Positions 9,801 to 20,000 of a DNA stretch of 64,000 nucleotides are shown here, piece by piece (the first letter of the stretch is position 1; every line of letters begins with the position of its first letter). Made by a program: the position numbers and the translations under genes. This DNA is from Candidatus Omnitrophota bacterium (GTDB lineage: Bacteria > Omnitrophota > Gorgyraeia > Gygaellales > Profunditerraquicolaceae), in the NCBI GenBank assembly GCA_049517335.1, contig JBEKSD010000011.1, positions 1-64,000 on the forward strand, read 5' to 3'. The notes under the pieces were generated by a model that made no database searches, was not told the origin of the DNA, and saw only the letters and a program-made list of their open reading frames with translations.

Positions 9801-11040
9801 TGGTAACTGGAAGTCCGAGAAGACACGGATTTACGGAGATATAGGAGAATATAAAAGGGTATCGCGCGTTGCTGCAACAAAATTTGCCACCACTGCCCAG
9901 GAGCAAAAGGTTATCTTTGACGGTATTGATAGAGAAAAAGAAAAACTTAGCCAGAAAGGCGTAAACAATGCTGTAGGTTTAATTAAAGATATCCTTCCGC
10001 AGATTACGGAAAACTCTAGGAACAGGGATGAATTCTGGCATTGGTTAACCTTAGTTGTCAGCTTACCTAAGAATATCTTAGAGCAAGGGCAAAGGCAGGT
10101 TTTAGCAGTCTTTACCGATCTAAGAGAATTTGACCGTGCCCAGGAAGAATCATTAAATAAGTTCGGTACTAACCAGGAAGCAGCTGCAAGAGCCAGAGCT
10201 GCTATAAACGGTCTTGTGCAGAAATTGGAAAGAGACGGATTAAATTATCCTGGCATCCTCAAGAAAGCCTTAGCGGAAATTAATAAAGCCTCGCGCAATT
10301 TAGATGAATTCTTATTCTGGATAAATGAGGTTATGCATTTTGACAAGCAATTATGGTCTTCAGGCGGGTTTCTTGGGCTATTGCAGACTCTTATTGCTTA
10401 TGTGTGCGCTAAAGAAGAAGCGTCAAAAAAACTATGCCATAATCCACAGGAAACATCTCAATTATTCCAGACAGTTGACAGCTTACGGGAAGAGTTGGGG
10501 AGGAAGCAGGTATCCGTGGATGTTTCCATGCTTAAAGATGTTATTCCAAGAGTAGCAGAAGCATCCCGCAATTTAGCAGAATTCTTTGATTACATTACTG
10601 TGTTAAAGGCCTTTGACAAGAATGTATGGTATGGCACACAGTCAGCATTACAGGCTTTTAACAATCACGTAGCCTACAAACAGGCAAGAGAAAGCGCAGC
10701 AGTCAAATTTACGCAGGATGATGCAGCACGCCAGAAATTCTTTACCGATATTGATAATTTAAGAAATCAGCTGGTGCAAAAAGGATTGCCCCAAGCCTCT
10801 GATTTACTTAAAGACGTTCTTCCAGAGGTTACTAAAACCTGCCGTTCAAAAGAAGAGTTTATTTATTGGCTAGGAGAATTGGTAGGTCTAAACATTAGCG
10901 TATGGCGATCAGGGACTCAAACGGTAGTAAATAATTTTAATGACTTAGCAGGCTTCAGGCAGGCTAAGGAAATGGCCCTTGAGAAGCTTTGTGCTAATCA
11001 GCAGGAGAAGAAAAAAGACCGAGCTGCGCTGGTCTTATGA
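3814..11040 (+). CDS. Giant exported multidomain protein, N-terminal part (2408 aa)
   Basis: Signal peptide; IHIQDAH...VSVEGG...AGGFH domain; HETTH zincin motif; TM segments; TPRs (~8830-9220); ~92-aa helical repeats at the C-terminus. Confidence 0.85.
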   Translation: MLDWQKHTKLRIFIRTICIVLIVTFFSYDLTWAGAGEVFSNKNKRASQDSPSVEIPQELGVIKESYTSKYNPHKLVIHIQDAHANVEAQENEAKLIKYLKDKYNVNLVSVEGGFGDFDAEFFRSFPKDKKVRDKIARYFLSKAFISGSDYLLITEKNPPAVYGAEDRELYTAHLNTFKDNQTSADSLNRSLKTLESVVSTLKDRYYSKDLKELDAKISDFKQGRISLGEYLSYLNIAAIINNADLSKFPNLYNLITSQELEHKINFEQAESERQDLIDSLTKALNKSDLEDLVKVSLDFKANKITPAEYYTYLEKLTKETSIQVNSYNNLFTYIKYITLSQNLDNSKVFDEIDNFTQSLKDRLMVTGVQKDIDNLTYIIRIFEGLADINLSPKEYEHFKNTREEFNQRRLAQLFRRYVDSSYLKSLPNDAEIDSLEKFYSLAHDRDKAIVSNSLNRLNREYSTNAVIIVAGGFHTQGLTSILKEKDISYVVVAPSIKSGQEKENTYFALLKDKKLPLSDILNDPDTLQIINSISDPEARELLVNYWIARASRYYSVKELQAQLDRLRLSEEDQKAVSRALEEISPINKPVQLEETVPATMSEQEVPVKQAPAIQQGPGLFERFAQLVSSMTGKIKSVVNIKNISTGIVAVALYLYSPLAASSFDKGSENKIVSFEFSAAQKNMIKEEVSYVSRRMVPEISQHKVDEIVSNTVPFRKYTQEEIRSWVKTANRNMLLALSGIPAFFGFACLLEMVIWYFFTGAFDPSVAKVFIQLGTFGPLLFYAVGGRLLNHFSGKSLYHSQTLDYQHGGSVEPEYKKIVVALREHLSDDYLKEIIAHETTHYLRSYGRYINDGEGAYLASAVGFLRLLELQGNPEEFLAANAKDTADKAEELAAALKSGTMPQDTPGIADLMAEYKSGLENYKYGKVIGCVAYGLSVKTNNKENSWKFLRFLAQGIDIAEAFNAVLTGAEIKPKAAGNSGRLLERLASFAASLKPKTKEARFIPQGIAAGKQEQTVIVPAPAAQEKPAAIKAKPEIKASIPRFTIPKVKVNLRPFLTAISVFTLSLYFSTTALGQDNSASSKIFASFSDVFTHGVTIFLAIAGTIGYFAYRIVKKISSKGNTPVQEVAPVVIEPVIVTALGRPQVARPVARIISNPQSIQPNHNLPITMRQELENRIQQLSGSIAQGSKDALARSFRPVGPAELPLPMPVSMLNQDASDRDKVVHILENMQRMMDGTDEKVLRDFERAIDNARDRVTEQALDQYEGLSDEALYRLLTDGYIAELEREFQRIIENQIQHMIRFHTPSTEEQALYVSEEINEKYSRLPRYLKWILTNNPQIENDPLVQEWINTIQRRMSQIPAFPEMMTGYSKVALNKSLYLNPEIARRVLLYLAKKASQDIEVTEGDVRREIQAELARNLPEDVIEGQVVVPEEESISELPPAPQARALPAPNMGEAESKRARLKALSDDYNQFLVKFREQEGTINKVQTDLRELSEGLEEAKRQNDRIVIEALQPAVDGLTSKLRKVKEKLGRLEQEKARYEEQINSLRSELGETGGTTLYALDPLSIGVVAVFTVLFGIPLYITKKILNKWFNTTAGKTLGMTAAIGSLVAGYYAYLVNLTPKIQEIFTNPKEADWPILATLLIAWPVSIVSGILGGKVGKGISHERLYWRANSEFKKGNTDEAISLINQAIKLNSKNAVDYNLLAECQRKKRRFDDAVASYKKSLEITPDNSTTHNNLGVVYVEKGDDVKAIESYKRSLELDANDQIVLANLGRSLHKKGQLLEAARAFQRAQEIKPDSSVTEELNAILQQTGNIPKSQKPQDLEYAKTLGESLRIEKERGWIGQLSYDDNLTAVAWLGAVVAWILGGIFLYYVPYGHHWELGTSDKPATLGYVVWIGEIVVAPLLGAGLSVAGVWVSEKVTSVVKTVYRFLTFPLTYRKLQKVNLLLSDELSDRDISSVAPIYARMSKEYLEKIFRSWMEAGQEEKIARLFKFGNWKSEKTRIYGDIGEYKRVSRVAATKFATTAQEQKVIFDGIDREKEKLSQKGVNNAVGLIKDILPQITENSRNRDEFWHWLTLVVSLPKNILEQGQRQVLAVFTDLREFDRAQEESLNKFGTNQEAAARARAAINGLVQKLERDGLNYPGILKKALAEINKASRNLDEFLFWINEVMHFDKQLWSSGGFLGLLQTLIAYVCAKEEASKKLCHNPQETSQLFQTVDSLREELGRKQVSVDVSMLKDVIPRVAEASRNLAEFFDYITVLKAFDKNVWYGTQSALQAFNNHVAYKQARESAAVKFTQDDAARQKFFTDIDNLRNQLVQKGLPQASDLLKDVLPEVTKTCRSKEEFIYWLGELVGLNISVWRSGTQTVVNNFNDLAGFRQAKEMALEKLCANQQEKKKDRAALVL

Positions 11041-14000
11041 AAGACATTGTCTTGGAGATTCTAAAAGACATTGATAGTCTTGCTAATTTGCCATACAGAA
11101 AGAGCGATTTTGTCTGGTGGCTTACTATGTGTATTAATTTTGAACCTCAGGTTTGGGGCGCTGGAACAAAACAAGTTTTAGCTGGGTACCAGGAACTCAA
11201 GACTTACATAATAAAAAGGCGTGAATTATCCGCACGGTTTACCACCAATCCCGAAGAAGAAAAACGGCTTACTGCAGCATGGGATAGTCTGGACAAAATT
11301 GCCAATTTCTCAAAGCCTGCAACCATAAGTTTACTCAATAATACCTTAAATAAAATTTCGGAGTTTGTAACGAATCCCAGAGAATTTGTCTTCTGGATAG
11401 GGACTATGTCTGAGCTTAATCAGGAAGCGTTAGAAGCTTTCTGTCGTGATATTACTACAACATTTGATTATTACAAAAGTAAAGGCAAAACAAGAGATTT
11501 TAACCATCTTCCCGCGGTTTTGAATCAGTATTACAAAATTTATCATCAGACAGTGCTTATTACGCCGGAACTTCTGGATATTTTAACTGATTCTCAACTA
11601 GAAGTAGATAAACGCATAGAGAAAATTTATCAGTATCTTGCGACACAGAAAATTGTGAAGTTAGGTGCGCCGCCTAACTTAGTAGGCTTGGTAGATTCTG
11701 TAAGTTTTGATGAACTCTTTAGAGCTGTAGAAGACGAAGATACCATCAGAAATATTATCCAATACTATGAACCCGTAAAAAGAGCAGCTAGCAAGATGGG
11801 CCGCGATGGCGTCTATAGTTATTTTGAGTCACAAAAACCGGCATTTTATAGACATTTCTTGGAAGAGGCAAAAGGATTGAAGCCAGGATTCAATCAACCC
11901 GGAGAGAAATTCAGAGTTTCATATAAGAACCACTCTGTAGCATTTACGAAAGAAGAAGAGTCGCAACTAACACCGATTCCCGATAATGTCCAAGCTCTCA
12001 GACAGTTAATTCAATATCTGCGTATGGAATGGCCAAACCTTTATGATAATTTCATCGAGCCGAAGAGAGAATTAATTAAGGGGCGGCCTCTTGAGGAGTT
12101 TGTCACTTCGGACACTGTATCAAAGATGGCGCAGCAGTTGTTAAGCAAGGTTCAGGGCTGGCAATTTTCTGAACAGCAAAGAAATGTTTTTATCATAAAA
12201 ATTATAGAAGTGCTTTCTTTCCAGGGAACTGCTGATTTAAGAGCTCGTATTAACAATGCTACGGATGATTTTAGCAGGCTGAGATTAGTCGTGCAATATT
12301 GGGAGAGAGTTCTAAAGTTGGCCTTAGAACATAAATGGCTTCAGGAAAACTCTAAATATTTTAAAGAACCCGCCAAAGTTGTGAAACAAAGACTCTCTTC
12401 TATTAATAACAAACTAGGGGATGGCGGAGAAGGTATATTACAGTTTTATTTATCCGGAGGGACTTTAGCTGACTTTTTTAAGGGCTGGGTAAGTAATGAT
12501 TGCACAAAAAATACAGATGGCGATCATGCTCACTTCCCTGATACGCAGGCATTTGTTATGGATCCTGCTTGTTTTCTTTTTAAGGTGATCGAGAGAAATA
12601 AATGGGTAGCCAATATTTATACGTTCGCGTTTAAAGATAAAAATGGCAAATTCTATCTTTATATTGATATGTTCCAGCTTAACCTACAGCATGAGATTAC
12701 TAAGAGCAATCAGGATAAAGAGGAGTGGCGGGTAGAATTTTGCTCTAGATTTCTTAAGGAGCTAATTGGTTATCTTGGCTCTCTGGGGTTTGATTATCTG
12801 GTTGTAAGTACTAATCCAGCACAGCATAGGATCGGACCCGATATATTAACTGCAGTAAAACGCCAATACGGTAAACAGAGCCCAGAAACAATAAGTTTGC
12901 GTAAAATGGGAGGGACGGAATTTTTCTCTGAGGCAGGAGTGGGCGAGGAGTTTTTATGGACGTTAAATGGTAATCTTATAAGCAATGATTTTCAAGATGT
13001 TACTGGGTATAAAATTGAGATAGACAAGACTACCCCCCAGGTTCTTCAACTTAAGCAAAGCGAATTAGATCATCTAGAAAAGCTCCTAGGAGAAATGTCC
13101 AGCGAGGAAACTCGTCTTGCCAGCCTTGCTAAAGAAAGACGTGAAGAGTTAAGCCACTTGAATAGAAAAGGCCAGGAAGCAGCTAATACTGGTAAAAATG
13201 CATTGGCATCTCAGTTCAAAAATGCTTCTGACCAGAAGACTACAGAGGTTCAAAAGATAGAATATGAACTTAATGAATTAAGAATAAGAGTCAGAGAGAA
13301 GAAAGATGAGCTTGAGCATCTGGCGGTTGAATTAGGCTTAAGAAGGGGATCTAGCCCGCTTCTCGGAGGAAGGTTAGCATCTATAATCCCTGTTACTTTA
13401 TTATCAGGTTTTCTCTTTGCAAATAAGGCGCAAGCGCAGGATTTTTCATCGGGAGATTGGTTTTACAATCCGCTTACGCCTTTAGTATTCGTAGCAGGTG
13501 TCGCCGGATTTGTCGGTTTAGTTTGTTACATTCTTTATAAACTTTTTCCGCAAAAACCAGAACGAGATACATACTACGAAAGAGAATATTTCCCAAGACC
13601 TGCTTTTCAGGAATATAGATTACCGGATGACTTAAAGACACAATTAAGCCAAGTTTTGGATAAATTATCCCCTGAAGCAAGAGGATTATTACCTAACAGT
13701 ATAGATGTTAGGATCCCTTTTGAGGTAGGTATTTCACGAGCCCAAGCTGTTAAAGCATTGGGCCTGCTCTATTCCAACCTTATTAAACACGGATCCATTT
13801 TGGATTTCTTTAAAGACAAGGATTTCTACCGCAGCTTTAAGCAAAAAGCGAAAGAATTAGAGTTGGCAGATGATTTTGACCAGCCTAAAGGTAAGAGCTA
13901 CTTCTTTACTGTCCCCAAAGAGAAGATTCGTTATGAAGAGGATAGGCGCGCTGAAGAGTTTATTACGCAATATTTGACTAAAATCAGGAAAAAACAGGTT

Positions 14001-17000
14001 TCAAACACTGAAGAGACATTGGAAAGAATCCACCAGGAGAGGTCGCGCTTACTAAGAAAAGAAATGTATAGGGGCGCAACGCAAACCGATCTCTATGCCT
14101 ATTATCAATTGCTTTTATCTTATGCTACTTTAGAAAGTAAAGCCAAGCTTGATGAAGTTGATGATCTTTTATCTGAGAAAAATTACCTTGGCGCCTTAAG
14201 CGTATTAGAAGAGTTTTTCCGCATAGATATCGGCGGTGAGTTGATTTCCCTTGAAGAGAACGTCAGGTTAAAGGATGCCTTAAACAAGGTCCTGCAAACA
14301 GAGCTTGAGGATATCCGCTGGCAGTTTAACCGTTCCGCGGCATTCCAGACAAACAAGCAGCAGATCATTCGCGAGACAAATGATATCCAGTTTGAATTAA
14401 GGCTCTCTGAGAGAACCGCTGATGATGTTTTAAGAGGCGTGGCAAGCGGTGATTGTACTTCTATCAATGGTTCAGCTTTCTACAACACGATTCCGCAGTT
14501 TATGTTTGACCCCGGCCTGCTGGTCTTTAAGGTTATCCAGGATGACAAGTGGGTAGGTAATGTCTACACAATCGTTGCGGAAAAAGACGGCAACCCTGTT
14601 TTAATTATGGATGCTGTACAGTTGCCGGTTTGGGGCAGGAGCTGGCCAGTTTCAGTAAAAGAACTTTCGGATAAGGTGTTAGAGAAGGTTGTTGAATACG
14701 CCAACTCGCAAGGATTTGCTCAAGTTTTAATGAGCAGCTTTGTCTCAAACTTTAACGCTATCCACGACCACTTTGACCAGAAATATCCCGCCACGGCGCA
14801 GGAAATAGAAAAGGCTTCAGGCTTCGAACACTTAAAAGCCTTAGGCTTGTGGGATAATTATGCAGCACGCAATGAATACCTGGAGACTTTTAGCCCGCAT
14901 TGGAATTATTCCTTAAAAAGAGTTGACCCAAACAACCCAAAACAGACCTTATTATTAAGAACAATCTGGCAGAGAAATGCCCCTGAAGAACCACAGGAAA
15001 TCCAGCCCTCTGATTCAGGAGAAACGGCAGTTTTAGATAGGGCAAAAGAAGAACAGAAGCCGGCATCCGCGCAGGATAATCTTGCGAGCAGCCCAAGCCA
15101 AACAAATCCTCAGTCAGTTAAGAAGAATACTCCTAAGCAAGGACATGCTTTCAGGAATTTCTGCACTGGGATTCTTTTGGCTGCTGCATTACTTCTTTCA
15201 AGTGGGTGCGCTACGGCATTTAATTCAAGGATAGGACCTATAGCCATACACAGCCGGACAGAGGTTACCTTAAGTGAACCTAAGCCACACGAAGCGCCGT
15301 TAAGTATTTCCGGCAGTGTTGAGCTCGGAGAGAAAACTAAGAAAAAAGAAGCAAGTAAAACAGCGGAAGTCAAAAAATATTCTCAAGGGGCAGAACTTTT
15401 AACCTCCGGGAGCGCACGCCTTGGTCCTTTAACTGGAGATATAAATCCAAAAGTGGGTGTAAGTGAGGTTCCGGAAGGAGAAGCCCCTATTAGTATTGGC
15501 GCAAAGGCTTCCATAGGAGAAAAAGTAAAGCAGAACAAAGCCGATACCGAAGGAGTGGAGCTTGCGACAGAAGCAAAGGTTAGACTCGGACCTTTAACAG
15601 CGCAGGCAGATCCTAAAGTAGGCTTAAGTGATGTGCCTGAAGGGCAAAAGCCGGTTGATTTAAAAGGCGATATAAAAGTTCAAGAGGTAAAAGAAGAGCC
15701 TGTTTTACAGCAAGACGTGCAACCCGAGTCGCAGGCCCCTGATACCGCGCAAATCATTGCCCAGATTAATGAACAAATAAAGTCAATACAGGCGGAATTA
15801 GAAAAACTTCGCCAGGCAGATTCAGATCTAAAAATCGAAGTTTCTGATCTAATGGCAAAACTTATTGATGCCCAGAAACAGATAGAGCAGTTAAAAACAA
15901 GCCCGAAAGCTCCTGAAGAAGTTACTCAGCTTGAGGAGAAGAAATCCGATTATGAGCGCCAGATAGCAAACTTAGAGCTTCAGCAGAAGCAAGCGCAAAA
16001 AGAGCTGGATAGAATTCTGGCTGAGAAGGCAAAAGCCGGCCAAGAAGTAAGGCAATTACAAAACCAGGCTCCTCATATGCAGCAAAAGGTAGAATCTCTT
16101 CATACCGAAATAAACCAGCTTGAGACACAGAAAAAACAAGGAGCAGAGAGCGTAACACAGTTACAATCTCAAAAAACTGGCCTTGAAACTAATGTTAATC
16201 AGTTAACTCAGGATAAGTCAAAACTAGAACAGGAATTAACCGGGTTAAGGCAACAGATAGGCCAGGCAAAAGCAGTTTTGGAAGAGGCTAAGGTAAAGTC
16301 CGAGCCTACGTTTAAAAACATCTGGTTTAGTCTACCCTGGCAGGAAAAACTAGGAATAATCCTGCTTAGTTTAACCGGTATAGGGATATTGGTTGGTGGG
16401 GTTATTCTTTGGAAGAGATGGTCAAGATTTAAGAATCTTTCTGACAGGGTTAAAGAATTGCAGCAGAAAGCAGATGATTTGGAAAGACAGCTTTCTACGC
16501 AAAGAAAAGAAAAAGAAGATTTAACCAAAGAAATTGAGCAGCAGAAAACAAAAACTCTTGATCTAGAGGCAGAAAGGAATAGACAGGCAGATGAGTTAAA
16601 GAGAATAACCGAGCAGTTGGCTGCTTTAAAGGAAGAGCATGAAAGGATACAGGCTGAACTCATCCAAGTAAAAGAGGCAAAAGATAAAACTACAGAGGAG
16701 TTACAGGCAAAGATTGCCGAATTAAAATCGCAAATTGCCCAGAAAGAATCTGAAATTGTCTCTTTATCTTTTAAAGAAGAAATAGCTCCTAGCGTTCCGG
16801 CGCCTCAAGAAATAAGTCAGAAATTAAGCGATGCGGAAATAGACAGGGCAGTTGAACTATTAAGAGCGCTTCCTTCCAGGGAAATGCAGCGCTTACTTCG
16901 TTCGCAGAAGATTGATGTAAGAGAAAGAATCCGTTTCCTGCATGATGAGCTCGGACTAGACATTGCAAACGGACACGGCAGAAGCCTTCTTTTCAGAAAT

Positions 17001-20000
17001 CCGGATACCTTACGTAACCAGAAAGTCTTCCTTGAAAGTTTAGGTCTGCCGTTAACAGTTACCAATCTTGCTTCTTCAAAGAGAGGCTTTGCCAAAAAGG
17101 AATTGAATCAAATTATCAAACAGACAGCATGGAACGAAGAATGGCAGGTGTTGACTAATGAGGAAAAGCTTTCTGTGGTAAGCCATCTTTATGATATTTA
17201 CGGTCTTCGGGTATCTTGGCTGTTAAGAGATAATGACTGGTATCAGCTGCTTCATGCCTTTGGTCTGCCGGGTGAGCCCATAAACTACACCCCCCGCTCA
17301 ATAGATTTTATCCAGCGTTATGAATTATCCAGATTCCAGAAATTCCATAATACAGCCCAAACCAAATACAGACTCTCCAAGATAAAAGAAGTCATCAAAA
17401 TCTTAGATCTAAAAGTCATTAACCTCCTTGATGTCAAAACTACACCAGAAGGCTTTGAGATTTTTGTGGTAAAGCCCGAAGTTAGAGAAGGAAAAGTAGA
17501 TTACCAGAAGGAACATTATCCTCTGCCGGATACTGATTTTATCCCCCCTGAAAGCGCAGGCGAGCAGCCTGAAGATATAGCAGCGCTTGAGCCTCAAGAG
17601 ACTATACTCACCCCGCAATTAGAAGAAAAGGCATCTCATCTAAAAGAAGAAATAGCAAGCCTTGAAAAGACGATTGCTGGGCTTGAAGAAGAAAAAAAAC
17701 AGAAAACCGCTCAGCTTGAGAAACAAATCCAAGATTTAACTCAGCAAAAAGAAAAGTTAGTCCAAGAAATTACTCAGCTTGAAAATGACCTACAGGCAAA
17801 ACAGCAAGCCATGTCTTTATCAATAACTCAAGAAGAAGATAGAATTAACAAACTTCAGGAAGAAAAACTTGGTTATGAGCAGGCAGTTCAGGACTTAAAA
17901 CAGAAAATTGATGCTTACCAACAAGAATTAAAGGCATTGGAACAGCAGAAAGATAAGGCACGCCAAGAATTAGAGGCCTTACAGGATACTTCAGCTGCCC
18001 GTGCCCAGATTGAGACATTGAATAAAGAACAGCAGCAGATAGAGGAAAACCTAAGAAAGATAAAGGCAGAGTTAGTAGATCTAACCGCCAGAAAAAAACA
18101 GCTTGAAGAAAATATCTCTGCTTATCAAGGCACAAGAGACAAGCTTCAAGAGGAAACAGCTGTTTTAAACAAGAAAATAGAGGAGCTGAATCAGTCCATC
18201 CATTCTCTTGAAGCTGAAAAGGACGCATTGGCTAAGCAAGAAAATGAGCGTGCAGCTCAAATTAAGGCCACACAGCTGAATCAAGAGATAGAAGGTTTAA
18301 CCCGGCAGAAAGAAGAACTTTCCCGGCAGAACGCTACGTTAGAAAACGAGATTAAAACCAAGCAGAATGAGTTGGCATTATCTATTAGAGAGGCAGAAAC
18401 ACAAGCAAACAAGATAAAGGAAGAAATAGCCGGCCTTACGCAAGAGCTGGCAGTTTTAAGAGAAGAAAGAGAAAAGCTTAGAACCGAAACCGCAGGCTTA
18501 AAAGGTTATCAGCAGGATGTTGAAAGTAAAAAACAGGAGTTATTAAGCCTTGATAAAGAAAAACAGGCCCTGCAGGAAGAAATCCGAAGTTTAGAAGCCC
18601 AAAAAACAGCACTTAAGGAAGGTTTTGATAAAGCTCAGCAAGAGCTTGAGGCAGTAAAACAACGTTTGGAAGAACAGAAAACATCTCAAGCTCAGCTTAG
18701 CCAGCAGGCCTTGACCGCAGAGCAGCAAAAGTTGCAGGAACAGCTTGATACGCAAAGACAAAGTATCCAGGCACAAATGAATGCCTTGGAGCAGGAATTC
18801 AACAAACAAAGACAAGAGCATTTAGCAACACTTTTAAAGCTTGAGGAAGAAAAGAATAAATCCAAACATGAATTGGATGATCTTTTAGCTCAGAAAGATA
18901 AAGCTATAAACGAAATGAATAAGTTAAATGTAGCGCTTGAAGACCTTAAGAAGACTGAAGCTAGTTATAAAAAAGCAATTGGTTACTGGAAGTTTCAAAT
19001 AGAACTCTTGAAGGAAGATATAGTTGAGCTCAAAGAAGAAAAGGAACAATTAGCCCGGGAGGTAGAAACATTAAAAAAGGCAAAAGAAGCAGCACCAGAA
19101 ATAGAAGAGCTAATAGAAGAGGTTAGGATTGTCAGTGAAGAAGTAGATGCTCTCTTAGGCATAATTGGCCCTCAAGATAATACCAGTATATACTCTGCTG
19201 TTATAGATAAGGTAAAAGCCACCCTAGGCAATCTCAATTACGAAATAAAAGAAGAGCCTTTGTCTGGAGACAGCAGAAGAAAAAATATAATTGTAAAAAT
19301 ACCTGCTTCCATAGGAATGGAACATCTCCCAAAAATCATCCTGAATGCGCATATGGATGCTTATTACGAACATGGATACACTGTTAATTCTCTTAAGGGT
19401 AACAGAAGATCCGGAGGGGCTTTAGATGATCGGGCTGGGGTAGTAGCCATATTAAGTGCATTGAACCTAATAAAAGAAAGATTTGTCAGGCAGAATTTAG
19501 CCCATGGACCTATTGTCTTGATTTTTACTGATATGGAAGAAAAAGGCGCTGTGGGTGCAAAAGATCTTGTGAGTAAATATAATAGTGGCAGTCGGGGAGC
19601 AACCGAAAGCCTATTCGATAACACCCGTATCGCCATTGTTTTAGACGGCCCAATTCTCTGGATGACCGATGTAGATATTCGTAGCTTAAATAATGTTGAG
19701 ATGAAAAATCCTTTTGTAATAGCCAAATTGCTTAATATAGGTAAAAATGACAAAGAATATAGAATAGTAAATGATTCCGTTGGTTTGGTGAATTTCAGGG
19801 ATTTTTCACGCCCACGATATGCTGATAAGGATGGGGAGGGTGACCATCGGGCATTCGCAGATGCCTACGATAAGAAATTAAAGCGAAAAGTACCGGTTAT
19901 CAATATTCGTTCACCGTATAACGATATTGATGAAAATGGCACAATACAGTATCATAGCCCAAATGAAAAGGTTGACATTGAAAATGAATTAGTTCCGGTA

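Noticed and set aside
15750-19100. SMC or tape-measure protein
   Set aside because: No Walker motifs or hinge, and no phage structural genes; read as coiled-coil stalks
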